Of a stretch of DNA of 64,000 nt, positions 19,699-29,840 are shown one piece after another. The translations under genes and the position numbers were made by a program. Numbering within the stretch: the first letter of the stretch is position 1; each line of letters starts with the position of its first letter. This DNA is from Staphylococcus phage vB_SauM-UFV_DC4. The stretch lies in the sequence record MZ779063.1. One strand, given 5' to 3'. A model generated the notes under the pieces. The model had not been told where the DNA came from. It searched no databases and saw only the letters and a program-made list of their open reading frames with translations.

Positions 19699-21210
19699 AT
19701 GAAAATAGATATGATCAACGTTGATCAAATTATTACAGCCTATGAAGCTAAAGAAGTTACCAATCCTATTTTCTTTGATTCAGGAACTTTACCTAAAGAA
19801 GACGGTTTATTCTCATATGAAATATTTGGTTTAATAGGTACTGATGAAAGAAAGAATAATGTGGGTTGGATTAATTTAGGTGGTAAATACTTAAATCCTG
19901 TAGCTTATAAAGCTATGAAAGAATTAGATAAGAATATCGATTTATGTATTCAAGGATCTGATTACTTTAAAATTGAAAAAGGACAATTAGTTCCAGATGA
20001 AAATGGTGAAACTGGATTAAATTTCCTATACGATAATTATGAAAATCTTAAATTTAGAAAAAATGATTCTCGTATCCGAAATGAAAAAATTGATATGCTT
20101 AAAAACACTCCTAAAGATAGAATATTCACAGATAAATGGTTAGTTATTCCTGCTTTCTATCGTGACTTTAACCCTAATGAAACTTCAGGAGAAATTCAAG
20201 ATACTGAAGAAATAAATGATATGTATGCGAGTATTTTAAGATCTGTAGATTCAATTAGTTTTAACTCATTTGATTTTGTAGCTAATACGACTAAATATAA
20301 TATTCAAAATAAATTATTTGAAATATACGTTAAATTAACTTCAGGTGAACTATCAGGTAAAACTGGTATGATGCAAAGAAATATTTTAGGTAAGACAGTA
20401 GATAATAGTACTCGTTCAGTTATTTCATCACCTAAAATCAATTCAAATAAATGGAATGAAATGCAAATTGAATTCGGTCAATTAGGTGTTCCATTAACTC
20501 AATTAGTAACATTGTTCTTACCTTTCTTTAGTAAATATATTATAGACTTTATTGAAATTCATAAAGATGCTTTCCAAACTGCTACTGGAACTGATGAAAA
20601 GGAATTAACATTAGAAGAAGTATATGAACAATTTGATGATAAATCTATTAAGAATATGTTAGAATACTTTATTAAAGACCCTAATGAAAGATTTAGTCCT
20701 ATATATGTAAATGATAGACAAGGTAAACGTCATAAAGTTAAATTATTTGAAAATACTTTAGGTAGAACTTTTACTGTAATTGATTTACTTTATATAGCTG
20801 CTACAGAAATATGTGAAGATAAGTATGTAGTTTATTCAAGATATCCTATTGAAAATTTCTTGAATGTGGCTCCTGCTAAAATTAAAATACTAACTACAGT
20901 TGATACAATTCCAGAAATTACTTTAGATGATATTGTACTTAAAGATTATCCTAAAGTTGTTCATGAATATCCTGTTGATGAAGATGTATTTATAGATACT
21001 GCTATTATACACAACAGTTATGCCGGAGCACTTGGTGCAGATTTTGACGGTGATATGATCTCTATTAGATCTTTATGGACAGTTGAAGCTAATAAAGAAG
21101 CTAATAAACTTCTTAATAAGAAAACTAACTATCTAAACTACACTGGTAATTCAGTACGTAATTTGGGTAACGAATCGGTACAAGCTTTATATTCATTAAC
21201 TAAAGAATAA
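19699..21210 (+). CDS. RNA polymerase beta-prime subunit, N-terminal-half homolog
   Basis: EDGLFSYEIFG matches the beta-prime DGLFCxxIFGP region; GADFDGDM catalytic Mg motif (nt 21040-21054); no Zn-finger cysteines. Confidence 0.7.
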   Translation: MKIDMINVDQIITAYEAKEVTNPIFFDSGTLPKEDGLFSYEIFGLIGTDERKNNVGWINLGGKYLNPVAYKAMKELDKNIDLCIQGSDYFKIEKGQLVPDENGETGLNFLYDNYENLKFRKNDSRIRNEKIDMLKNTPKDRIFTDKWLVIPAFYRDFNPNETSGEIQDTEEINDMYASILRSVDSISFNSFDFVANTTKYNIQNKLFEIYVKLTSGELSGKTGMMQRNILGKTVDNSTRSVISSPKINSNKWNEMQIEFGQLGVPLTQLVTLFLPFFSKYIIDFIEIHKDAFQTATGTDEKELTLEEVYEQFDDKSIKNMLEYFIKDPNERFSPIYVNDRQGKRHKVKLFENTLGRTFTVIDLLYIAATEICEDKYVVYSRYPIENFLNVAPAKIKILTTVDTIPEITLDDIVLKDYPKVVHEYPVDEDVFIDTAIIHNSYAGALGADFDGDMISIRSLWTVEANKEANKLLNKKTNYLNYTGNSVRNLGNESVQALYSLTKE

Positions 21211-21223
21211 ATTTAAAAAAATG

Positions 21224-21262
21224 AGGTAACGGACAATTATAGTTCGTTACCTCTATTATATT
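21224..21262 (+). terminator. rho-independent terminator
   Basis: hairpin GAGGTAACGG...CGTTACCTC followed by a T-rich tract. Confidence 0.55.
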
Positions 21263-21287
21263 GCAAAAATGTATCTAATGATATTTT

Positions 21288-21330
21288 AAATATATATTAT
21301 AATTATGAAGTTGATAATTATTAATCAACT
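21288..21330 (+). promoter_or_regulatory. promoter-like box AAATATATATTATAA plus 5'-leader hairpin AGTTGAT...ATCAACT
   Basis: motif copy followed by an inverted repeat, then an RBS and ATG at 21356. Confidence 0.45.
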
Positions 21331-21355
21331 AATTTAAATAAAAGGATGATTTAAT

Positions 21356-21655
21356 ATGAATGAAATTAAAATAATGGATACTGAACTACTACAGGAAGCT
21401 GTAGAAGGAAAAGAGAATAACGGTGGAGGTTACGAACATACTCGTACCGTTTTCGAATTCCAAGGAAAACAAGGAGTTTTCGAAGACACTTCTTGTGGTG
21501 ATTTCGGTAGCAGATTCTTCATGGAATGGGATGGAAAAATGGCTATGTGGGGAAGTATGATTGATGAAGAACTCGAATACAGTGAATTCGATGAACAAGA
21601 ACAATCAGAACTTCTAAAGTATTTTAGAGTTCCTGTTTTTGAAGAAACAATCTAG
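21356..21655 (+). CDS. small acidic protein (99 aa); GC and codon usage atypical for this genome
   Basis: E/D-rich; C-ending codons (TTC, AAC, GGT) unlike its neighbours; own promoter box and own terminator. Confidence 0.5.
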   Translation: MNEIKIMDTELLQEAVEGKENNGGGYEHTRTVFEFQGKQGVFEDTSCGDFGSRFFMEWDGKMAMWGSMIDEELEYSEFDEQEQSELLKYFRVPVFEETI

Positions 21656-21690
21656 GACATTAATGTCCTAGATTTCTTTTATTTTTTTTT
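21652..21690 (+). terminator. rho-independent terminator
   Basis: CTAGGACATTAATGTCCTAG hairpin followed by a T-run of about 15 nt. Confidence 0.65.
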
Positions 21691-21715
21691 TCTAAAAATA
21701 TTCTATTTTATGATT

Positions 21716-21736
21716 AAATATATATTATAAAAATAG
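21716..21736 (+). promoter_or_regulatory. promoter-like box AAATATATATTATAAAAATAG
   Basis: motif copy upstream of paralog array B. Confidence 0.45.
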
Positions 21737-21814
21737 ATGTAATTAAATATATTGAAAGATGTTGTTTTATATGTAAAGTTTTAGAAGAATCTAATAAGGG
21801 AGCTGAAATAGATA

Positions 21815-22297
21815 ATGATATATTACAAAAATAAAGTAAATGGTGAAATATACGAAGTTAATGATATTCATAGAAAAGATGATGCTTTTTATTATGTGTT
21901 TGGTAATGAATTTAAAAAAGAAAGAATAGGATTATATGAATCAGTGGGTAAAAAAATTGATTTATTTGATAAAGATAAAGGACATAAAGAATTAAACTTC
22001 CAATTAAATTATGACTCATCTAGATTATTTTTAGTTACACATATGAAATATGATAATAATAATCCTTTTGCACCTAAAGCAGTAGATTTAAAGAATCAAA
22101 ATTTTGTCGCATCCGATTCTTCAGAAGATCTTTACTATATATTATATAAAAGAATGTGTAATGCAATAGATATACCTTTATTAAATTATAATGTATTATT
22201 AAAAGAATTTAATTTTGATAATGAAGATATATTTAAAATAATATCAGAAGATTGTAAAGAAGTAAAAGATTTTAAAATTAGAAATCTTTTTAAATAA
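21815..22297 (+). CDS. C-tail family protein (tail KEVKDFKIRNLFK); paralog of 23025-23516
   Basis: N-terminus MIYYKNKVNGEIYEVNDIHRKDDAFYYVF is shared with 23025-23516. Confidence 0.55.
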   Translation: MIYYKNKVNGEIYEVNDIHRKDDAFYYVFGNEFKKERIGLYESVGKKIDLFDKDKGHKELNFQLNYDSSRLFLVTHMKYDNNNPFAPKAVDLKNQNFVASDSSEDLYYILYKRMCNAIDIPLLNYNVLLKEFNFDNEDIFKIISEDCKEVKDFKIRNLFK

Positions 22298-22312
22298 AAG
22301 GAGAAATTTTAA

Positions 22313-23014
22313 ATGGAAAATATTAAATTGTATAAAAATCTAGAAAATGGTGATAAATTTACTTTATCTAAAGATGAAATTAATAATGGTAGATTTCTTT
22401 ATAAAGTCATGAAACAAATAAAAAGTAGTTTTTACCCATATTATAATTATGAAGACCAACCCATTACAACCAATGGAAACTCTTATTTAATTAATAAACA
22501 ACTGAATTTTCATTTTTATACACATTCTGATATTATTATAAATTTTAAAAATTTAATTGGAATAGATGAAGATATAATAATTAAGAGTAATGAAAATAAA
22601 GAAAGAAATATTTCATCTTCAATTGTTTGTTTCTCTGATTCCAATACAGATAATGATGGAATTTATGAAAATATATTTCAAATTGTTTTAAATACAAAAA
22701 AGACTAAGAAAATAATTCGTATGCTAGATAAATATAAAAGTGATAAATATAAAATATCTTCCTGTACAATGGATAAAAATGAAGTACATTTTAAAGTTAG
22801 TTTCAAACAAGATTATTTGTCTGATAAGAATAATGACGTTTATGATTCTCTAGATGAATTAATATATTATATATTAAAAGATCTTAGAATTAAGATCGAC
22901 AATTCGTATATGTATTTTATGGATTATCTAAGATGGAATTTGGAATTTATTGCTGAAGAAATTACTGATGAGGAAGAAATTAAAAATTACTTAATTAAAG
23001 AAAAATTTAAATAA
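22313..23014 (+). CDS. C-tail family protein (tail ITDEEEIKNYLIKEKFK)
   Basis: conserved tail. Confidence 0.55.
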   Translation: MENIKLYKNLENGDKFTLSKDEINNGRFLYKVMKQIKSSFYPYYNYEDQPITTNGNSYLINKQLNFHFYTHSDIIINFKNLIGIDEDIIIKSNENKERNISSSIVCFSDSNTDNDGIYENIFQIVLNTKKTKKIIRMLDKYKSDKYKISSCTMDKNEVHFKVSFKQDYLSDKNNDVYDSLDELIYYILKDLRIKIDNSYMYFMDYLRWNLEFIAEEITDEEEIKNYLIKEKFK

Positions 23015-23024
23015 GGAAGTGTAA

Positions 23025-23516
23025 ATGGATATGATATATTATAAAAATAAAGTAAATGGTGAAATATATGAAGTTAATAATATTCATAGAAAAGATGATG
23101 CATTTTATTATGTATTCAATAATGAATTTAAAAAAGAGAATTCGTCTTTTTATAAATCTTATGGTAAAAATATTGATTTATATGATGAAGACGTAGGAAG
23201 TATAAAATTGGAGTTTTTCTTAATTTATGATTCTATTAATCTTAATTTAACTACACACTTTTCTTGGGATTTTAATAATATTCCTTTTATACCTAAAATT
23301 ATAGAATTAACAAACCAAAATCTTGTCATATCAGACTCTTCAATTGATCTTTATTATTTATTCTATAAAAGAATATGTGATGTGATAGATATAAATATGG
23401 CATATTATAATATTCCATTAGAAAAATTTAATTTTGATAATGGAGATATATTTGAAATAATTTCAGAAGATTGTAAAGAAGTAAAAGATCTTAAAGTTAG
23501 AAATCATTTTAGATAA
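23025..23516 (+). CDS. C-tail family protein (tail KEVKDLKVRNHFR)
   Basis: paralog of 21815-22297. Confidence 0.55.
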   Translation: MDMIYYKNKVNGEIYEVNNIHRKDDAFYYVFNNEFKKENSSFYKSYGKNIDLYDEDVGSIKLEFFLIYDSINLNLTTHFSWDFNNIPFIPKIIELTNQNLVISDSSIDLYYLFYKRICDVIDINMAYYNIPLEKFNFDNGDIFEIISEDCKEVKDLKVRNHFR

Positions 23517-23521
23517 GGAGA

Positions 23522-23707
23522 TTGATAAATATGAGAAAAGAAATTAGAAAAAATGAAAGTAAACAATTGACTTTACAAGAAAAATGGGAAATTGATGCAG
23601 AATTATACAGAGAGAAAAATAAAGACAAGAAAAAAATAAAAGGGCCAATTATAGGAAAGAAAGTTTCTAAAGAAGAAATGGAAAGAATCTTAAAAGGAGA
23701 AGAATAA
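23522..23707 (+). CDS. small basic protein
   Basis: 61-aa K/E-rich ORF, no tail motif. Confidence 0.35.
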   Translation: MINMRKEIRKNESKQLTLQEKWEIDAELYREKNKDKKKIKGPIIGKKVSKEEMERILKGEE

Positions 23708-23708
23708 A

Positions 23709-24362
23709 ATGTTTAATCACAATATCTTACTATATAAACCTATTAGCATTGATTATAATGATTTTATTGAGTTAAACAAAGAAAAATATAAAAATGATAG
23801 AGAATATATTAAAATGATAAATGTATTTAACTTAATGGAACTGTTAAAAATAGACTCTTTTAAAGATAAAACTTTCTTTGAAACTGAATGTAAATTAAAA
23901 TTAAGAGGTTATGATGAATATAAAAATATAAAAGTGGTTTACAATCAATCATTAGACAGTGATCCAATATTCTCTAATTTAAAAAACTTTAATGCAGAAT
24001 TAGATATTATAAGTAAAGAAAGAGATAATACTTATATGACTGAAGAATTATTATATGAATACAATATGATGAAAATGAGCACACATATAAATGATAAAGC
24101 TAACACTATTACAATTAAAATAAAAAATTTCATTAATTCAAATAAAGAAAATTTTAATAACGATTTTGAATTCCTTATTAAAGAATTTGAAAATAATTTA
24201 TTAAAGAATTTAACAGACCTCCATAAATATGAAGACTTACAACTTCTAATTAATAGTGAATATCACAGTTTAAAAGATATTAGTGTATATAATGAAAAAA
24301 TATTTAGACCTGCTACTGATAAAGAGTTTAAGAATTATTTAGTTAAAAAAGGATTTAGATGA
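23709..24362 (+). CDS. C-tail family protein (tail KEFKNYLVKKGFR)
   Basis: conserved tail. Confidence 0.55.
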   Translation: MFNHNILLYKPISIDYNDFIELNKEKYKNDREYIKMINVFNLMELLKIDSFKDKTFFETECKLKLRGYDEYKNIKVVYNQSLDSDPIFSNLKNFNAELDIISKERDNTYMTEELLYEYNMMKMSTHINDKANTITIKIKNFINSNKENFNNDFEFLIKEFENNLLKNLTDLHKYEDLQLLINSEYHSLKDISVYNEKIFRPATDKEFKNYLVKKGFR

Positions 24363-24373
24363 AAATATGTATT

Positions 24374-24423
24374 AAATATATATTATAAAAATGAGATAAT
24401 GAATTAATATAATTCATTATCTC
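24374..24423 (+). promoter_or_regulatory. promoter-like box AAATATATATTATAAAAATG plus 5'-leader hairpin GAGATAATGAATT...AATTCATTATCTC
   Basis: perfect 13-bp inverted repeat begins at the G that ends the box. Confidence 0.5.
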
Positions 24424-24455
24424 TATATTAATTTAATTAGGAGAGTGAAAAAGAT

Positions 24456-25064
24456 ATGGATTTAAAAGAGAATAAATTTTATTATAATAAAGATATTAAT
24501 GAGCTTTTTATAATTGGTAAGGATGAAAGTGATATTAACGATAAGATAAATAAATTCTATTATAAAAAATTATTAGAAAAAAATTTAGATTATCATGGTT
24601 TAATTAATAATCTTTATTATAATAGAAATATAAATTTTGATTTAATGGATGATGACGATATATATTTTAGTAATATGTATAATGGAATTAGAGAATATAT
24701 TAAGGTGAGTTATGTAGAATTTTCATGTACAAATTTTGAAGATAATGAAGTAATATTACAGTTAGATACTTTTATTGATAAAAGCAATGATAAAAATCTT
24801 TTAGAAGTTCATAAAGATTCGCATGGTGTTACCATAACAATGGTAAAAGGTTTTTATGAAAAAGATCTTATAAATTATAATGAATACAAAAATATTTTAG
24901 ACAAATTATCTGATCTGTTTGACACAATGCTTAAAGAAGAAAATGATGGAAATATTAAAATCTTTATAAATGATATTGATATATTTGAACCTTATGCATA
25001 TTTTAGAGAGTTAGAAGACGAAAGAGGAATTAAAAATATTTTGGTTAAGAAAAATTTTATATAA
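24456..25064 (+). CDS. C-tail family protein (tail ERGIKNILVKKNFI)
   Basis: conserved tail. Confidence 0.55.
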   Translation: MDLKENKFYYNKDINELFIIGKDESDINDKINKFYYKKLLEKNLDYHGLINNLYYNRNINFDLMDDDDIYFSNMYNGIREYIKVSYVEFSCTNFEDNEVILQLDTFIDKSNDKNLLEVHKDSHGVTITMVKGFYEKDLINYNEYKNILDKLSDLFDTMLKEENDGNIKIFINDIDIFEPYAYFRELEDERGIKNILVKKNFI

Positions 25065-25078
25065 AGGAGATAGATATA

Positions 25079-25705
25079 ATGGATGTAAATGAATATATAA
25101 ATAATCATGATTTTTATAGAGTTGGGAATGACGGTCAAGTATTTGTATTTAATAAAGATATATCAAAAGATGAATTAAATTCTAAAATATTTTCTAAATT
25201 ATTTGCATGCGAAAATATAGGAATTTTATTGTCTGAATATGGTTATTATGTAATAGATGAATATAATGTATTCTTAAGAAATAATGATAAAATATTATTA
25301 GTTGAAAATATGACTATTGATCTAAGTTTAATTAAAGATGATCTAATTGAATTAAATTTTGCATTAATTATTAAATCTAGTCTTCCTTCAAAAATTGGTC
25401 CTTTTGAAAAAGATAAAGGTAATCATGATGATTTTTATTATTATGATACTATTATTCAAATAGAAAATAAAGATAACTTTCAACATGAATTAATTTCCCA
25501 TATAACAAATCATTTTAATAAAATGAGTGATGTTGATTTAATGCTTTTAACTGCTAAAAATGAAATTAAATTTAATAAAGATTATAGTATTAATAAAAAA
25601 TGTATTGATTTTAAATGTAATTTTAATGAAATTTATAAAATACTTAATAAATTAGAAGATGAAAAAGAAATTAAGAAATATCTAACTAAAGAAAATTTTA
25701 AATAA
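25079..25705 (+). CDS. C-tail family protein (tail EDEKEIKKYLTKENFK)
   Basis: conserved tail. Confidence 0.55.
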   Translation: MDVNEYINNHDFYRVGNDGQVFVFNKDISKDELNSKIFSKLFACENIGILLSEYGYYVIDEYNVFLRNNDKILLVENMTIDLSLIKDDLIELNFALIIKSSLPSKIGPFEKDKGNHDDFYYYDTIIQIENKDNFQHELISHITNHFNKMSDVDLMLLTAKNEIKFNKDYSINKKCIDFKCNFNEIYKILNKLEDEKEIKKYLTKENFK

Positions 25706-25718
25706 GGATAGAATAAAT

Positions 25719-26282
25719 ATGAATTTAGATAATATTGTAATATTAAAAAAGAAAAATGATGGTAAATTTGACAATAACAAATTTATAGAATTTAATCATA
25801 ATAATATTGATAATGATGAAATATTAAGTCTTTCTTTAATTACTCTATATACAAGCGTATATGCATTTTATATAAAAAGTGATATAAAATATGACAATTT
25901 TGTTAGTTATTTAGCTAATTTTTATTTAGAAATAGATGGGTATTTAAAAGGACCTTTAAATATAACACATGATGAAAATAATAGAATGCTTATAATTTAT
26001 AAAGGAAGACTACCACAAGATATTTTCAAAGTTAGAGAATTTAACGTAAATACTAAATTATATGCGTATTTAATTAAAGATGATGAATACAATACGGTAG
26101 AAGATGATCTAATCGAATCAGTAATCAATGGATCAGAATATATAATGAATAGTGAAAGAATTAAGCCAAAAATTATTATTAATGGAGCATATAAGGATAT
26201 TACGAATGTATTAAATTATTTTGAAAAACTTACTGATGAAAAAGAAATTAAAAAATATCTAATTAAAAAAAATTTTAAGTAG
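25719..26282 (+). CDS. C-tail family protein (tail TDEKEIKKYLIKKNFK)
   Basis: conserved tail. Confidence 0.55.
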   Translation: MNLDNIVILKKKNDGKFDNNKFIEFNHNNIDNDEILSLSLITLYTSVYAFYIKSDIKYDNFVSYLANFYLEIDGYLKGPLNITHDENNRMLIIYKGRLPQDIFKVREFNVNTKLYAYLIKDDEYNTVEDDLIESVINGSEYIMNSERIKPKIIINGAYKDITNVLNYFEKLTDEKEIKKYLIKKNFK

Positions 26283-26299
26283 AATAAGGAGGATTAAAT

Positions 26300-26923
26300 T
26301 TGGATAAGTCATTATATGTATCGGATATATTCGATGAGAAAGTTATAGGAAGAAAGGATCTTAATAAAGATGAACTTTTTGATTTGTCATTTAATACAAT
26401 TTTAAATAATTCTGCTGACACTAGATTTAATAAAGAAGGAATTAGGTTAATGTTATCATTTTCAAAGGGATTAATTTTAAAATTTGATTATGCAGACAAA
26501 TATTTTTATGTGAAAGATTTTATATTTTTAATAGAAAAAGTTGATGGTAACTATGAATTTAATTTTACATTAAGTATTCCAGAATTTGCAGACAGTGAAA
26601 TTGAAATTGAATTAGGAATTTTTGAATCGGATAAAGGTCATAGAGAATTTTATTTTAATGATTTTTCTTATTATAAAGAAGGAAAAACTTTATTAGAAAG
26701 AGCTAAAGAATATTTAATATACGATATTTTTAATAATTATGGTGTTATTTTTAGTATTTTTTCATTAAAAGACAAAAATAGAATTTTAACAGACGATAAT
26801 TTTATCATAGATAATAATGATATAGATGAAATTTATAGTCTAAAAAATATAGATAACGTATTTAGAGAAGTAACAAACGAAAAAGAAATTAAAGAATACT
26901 TAGTTCAGAAAGGATTTAGATAA
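26300..26923 (+). CDS. C-tail family protein (tail TNEKEIKEYLVQKGFR)
   Basis: conserved tail. Confidence 0.55.
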   Translation: MDKSLYVSDIFDEKVIGRKDLNKDELFDLSFNTILNNSADTRFNKEGIRLMLSFSKGLILKFDYADKYFYVKDFIFLIEKVDGNYEFNFTLSIPEFADSEIEIELGIFESDKGHREFYFNDFSYYKEGKTLLERAKEYLIYDIFNNYGVIFSIFSLKDKNRILTDDNFIIDNNDIDEIYSLKNIDNVFREVTNEKEIKEYLVQKGFR

Positions 26924-26924
26924 A

Positions 26925-27536
26925 ATGAAAATAGACTTAGAATCTTATGAATACTATTACCATGATGAAGAAAAAATATTAGTTCCAGTATCATTAGATA
27001 TGAAGAAAGAAAATGCAAATGAGTTAATGACGTTTGAATATTATAAGAAAGTTTTTAAAAGTTTTAATCATAATATATTTCATAAAAGAATTCACGATGA
27101 TAATATACTATTTAGTACTCGATTAAATAAAGTGATTAACAAAAGTACTGGTATATCAATACCTGCTTATGATTTATATATACATTTTGAAATAGATAAC
27201 TCATTAAATATTATTTCCTTAGAATTAAGTTTTTCAATGGATACAAATCACTTTGATTTATTTAGAACATTCTATAAAGATAAAATAGAAGTTATAAATT
27301 TTTCAAAGACAGATTTTTTAAACTATAATCAAAATGTAGATAATTTAGAAGATAAAATGGCATGTCTATTAGCTAAATTATTCTTTGATATGCACAATGA
27401 TGAAAATGAAGATATTGAAATATATGTAGATAATTTTTACCATGAATCACTAGACATAGCTAAGCCATATAAATATTTTAGATTGATGGGAGAAAAAGAA
27501 ATAAAAAATCTAGCAACTAAAAAAACTTTTAAATAA
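26925..27536 (+). CDS. C-tail family protein (tail GEKEIKNLATKKTFK)
   Basis: conserved tail. Confidence 0.55.
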   Translation: MKIDLESYEYYYHDEEKILVPVSLDMKKENANELMTFEYYKKVFKSFNHNIFHKRIHDDNILFSTRLNKVINKSTGISIPAYDLYIHFEIDNSLNIISLELSFSMDTNHFDLFRTFYKDKIEVINFSKTDFLNYNQNVDNLEDKMACLLAKLFFDMHNDENEDIEIYVDNFYHESLDIAKPYKYFRLMGEKEIKNLATKKTFK

Positions 27537-27593
27537 TTTAATTAACTTTCTTTTATATTAATAAATACAATGAAAGAGAGTTGAATATAATAA

Positions 27594-28373
27594 ATGTCTG
27601 AAACTAATGAAATTGATTTAATATCACAAATCAATGATATGATGGATGAATATAAGATGTTAGTAAAATTTAAAGATAAAATGGAAAATAAAGAAATTCA
27701 ATTAGAAAATCGTATACAGGATTTAACTAAGAATTTGAAATATCCTAAACATACATTCGTATCTAATATGGAAGCTAACATTATTAGTGTAGAAAAAGAA
27801 ATTAAAGACACTATTATGCAAATGAAAAATGTTAAAAAAGATATTATTGACTTAACTATGAAAGCTCAGAAAATGGCTGAAGATGATGAATCTGAAGATA
27901 ATTATAAAACTCTTGCTAAAAATGTACTTAATGAGCTTAATAATATGTCTAATAAAGATATTTTAAACAGTATGATGGAACCTGAAGAAGTAAATGATGA
28001 AGATACTGATTTTAGTGAAGAATTAGATGCAAAATTATCGCAATTAGATGAAGAAGAGAAATCTATCAATAAAGAAGTAGATCAAAAAGAAGAATTGAGT
28101 CAAGAAATTAATGAGTTAGATCAACAAGATTTATCTTCTATATTAAAAGTCTATAAAGGTACATTACAATTCTTTGTTATAGGAGATTCTCCTGAAGAAT
28201 ATGAATTAGTAGTTGCCGATATGGATATGAATATTATTGAAGAAGATGAAATGGAAGATGAATATCCAGAATTATTTACTATGACTAGAGATCTTATCTT
28301 TGAAGATATTGAAGGTAATGATGAAATAGTTAAAGATGAATTTGGTAATATTTATCAAAAAGCAGAATTTTAA
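27594..28373 (+). CDS. acidic coiled-coil protein (259 aa)
   Basis: E/D-rich with heptad-like segments. Confidence 0.5.
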   Translation: MSETNEIDLISQINDMMDEYKMLVKFKDKMENKEIQLENRIQDLTKNLKYPKHTFVSNMEANIISVEKEIKDTIMQMKNVKKDIIDLTMKAQKMAEDDESEDNYKTLAKNVLNELNNMSNKDILNSMMEPEEVNDEDTDFSEELDAKLSQLDEEEKSINKEVDQKEELSQEINELDQQDLSSILKVYKGTLQFFVIGDSPEEYELVVADMDMNIIEEDEMEDEYPELFTMTRDLIFEDIEGNDEIVKDEFGNIYQKAEF

Positions 28374-28382
28374 ATTATTTTA

Positions 28383-28414
28383 CCCCATAATATATTAATG
28401 CAATGTATTATGGG
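28383..28414 (+). terminator. hairpin terminator
   Basis: CCCCATAATA...TATTATGGG inverted repeat. Confidence 0.45.
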
Positions 28415-28442
28415 TATCTATTATATAGGAGATGAATTAGGT

Positions 28443-28568
28443 ATGCTAAAAAGATTATATGAATTATTAACTAGAAAAAGATTTGAAAAGAAACTATATG
28501 AATTTAAATTTAGTTATCAAGACCATGAGCATCTTAATGAAGTTCATGAATTTAGTAAAAACAATTAA
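28443..28568 (+). CDS. possible 41-aa small ORF
   Basis: GGAGATG RBS 8 nt upstream of the ATG; short, so uncertain. Confidence 0.3.
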   Translation: MLKRLYELLTRKRFEKKLYEFKFSYQDHEHLNEVHEFSKNN

Positions 28569-28571
28569 GGA

Positions 28572-28982
28572 GTGATATTATTGCTATCAGAATACAGATT
28601 AAATAGTAATAAAGAAAATATTAAACAACTATTAAGAGATTATGGTTTTAAAAAAGATTCTTATACTAAAGCTTTAATATATAGAAAACGTGTAACTGAT
28701 CCGAATGATATTTTATTCATAGTGGCTGAAGTGGTTATTGAAACTAATTCAGATCTAGTTAAATTAAATTACTATGATAGTAAACATAATAGATTTAATC
28801 CTTCTAATGAGTCGCCAGAAGTTCAAAAAGGTTTAAGTATATTAGAAGATATGAAAGAAAAAGAATTATTAATTGAACCAGAATTAACTCAAAATAAAGA
28901 AGAAAAAGAAGTTCTCGATAGACTTAAAGAACAACGTGAAGAAATGGAAAATGGTCAAGTATCACCCAATTCTGAAAATTAG
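28572..28982 (+). CDS. hypothetical protein (136 aa)
   Basis: GTG start preceded by AAGGAG. Confidence 0.45.
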   Translation: MILLLSEYRLNSNKENIKQLLRDYGFKKDSYTKALIYRKRVTDPNDILFIVAEVVIETNSDLVKLNYYDSKHNRFNPSNESPEVQKGLSILEDMKEKELLIEPELTQNKEEKEVLDRLKEQREEMENGQVSPNSEN

Positions 28983-28985
28983 AAT

Positions 28986-29037
28986 AAATATATATTATAA
29001 AAATGTTATCCCAATACTATTAAATTAGTATTGGGAT
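28986..29037 (+). promoter_or_regulatory. promoter-like box AAATATATATTATAAAAATG plus conserved hairpin ATCCCAATACTATT...AGTATTGGGAT (copy 2)
   Basis: box followed 3 nt later by the CCCAATAC hairpin; upstream of array C. Confidence 0.5.
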
Positions 29038-29062
29038 TATTATAATAAAAGGAGTTAAATAA

Positions 29063-29839
29063 ATGGAGAAAATTAACAAATACTACATTAGTAAATCGAA
29101 AGATGAATTTATAGAATTAACTTTCAATGAAAATGAAACACTCTATTTTGACTTTAAGTGGAAAGTTTTAAGTGAGCTATTCACTACAATGCAAATAAAT
29201 TATAATAAGAGATTTCTTATATCTCATGAAGAACATGATGACAATGGTTTAGTTGGTCTTAGAATAAATTTCAATGCTTTTCCCACAGTTAAATACAAAT
29301 ATAAAGGTAAGAAAAATAAAATGGAACTTCTTATATACGCTATAATACGCTTTAGTCTAAATGAAGAAGACGATAATTATATTAAGTTTAAAGCTGTTCC
29401 TTTATATAATAATAGTGAAATAGGGAAAAGATTATTTAGTAAAAGATCTGGTATATTTGATGATAATGGTGAACTAGATTTACCGCATGACTTTAATGAA
29501 GAAGTTATGATTCGCTTTTTAAAATATTTTAAAAGCCATATACAAAAAGGAAAAAGACCTTTAGAACTCAAGGACGATTTACACAAGATGTTTACTACTA
29601 CAAATAAATTAATTTTTGAATTACTAGATCAGATACAAGATCATTCAGATATTGAATTTCTTATTGCACCCGATTGGGATTTTAGTGGTAAAGAAATGGA
29701 AAAAGAAAAAGGTTTTAGTTTTGAAAAAGAATATGATAAGTATATCAGTTTAAATGATTTCGATGTTGATGCATATTTTAGAGAAATAACTGATGAGAAA
29801 GAGATTAAAAAATTTAAAGTTAAGAAAGGATTTTCCTAA
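29063..29839 (+). CDS. C-tail family protein (tail ITDEKEIKKFKVKKGFS); RDHxDIEF subfamily
   Basis: tail plus the shared internal motif LLDQIQDHSDIEFLIAPD. Confidence 0.55.
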   Translation: MEKINKYYISKSKDEFIELTFNENETLYFDFKWKVLSELFTTMQINYNKRFLISHEEHDDNGLVGLRINFNAFPTVKYKYKGKKNKMELLIYAIIRFSLNEEDDNYIKFKAVPLYNNSEIGKRLFSKRSGIFDDNGELDLPHDFNEEVMIRFLKYFKSHIQKGKRPLELKDDLHKMFTTTNKLIFELLDQIQDHSDIEFLIAPDWDFSGKEMEKEKGFSFEKEYDKYISLNDFDVDAYFREITDEKEIKKFKVKKGFS

Positions 29840-29840
29840 T

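Noticed and set aside
24374-24393. Whether the TATATTAT box is simply a host sigma-A -10 element
   Set aside because: No TTGACA-like -35 sits at 16-18 bp spacing in any copy. The extended conserved flanks (AAATATA...AAAAATG) and strict plus-strand, intergenic placement fit a phage-specific promoter class better. This remains unproven.
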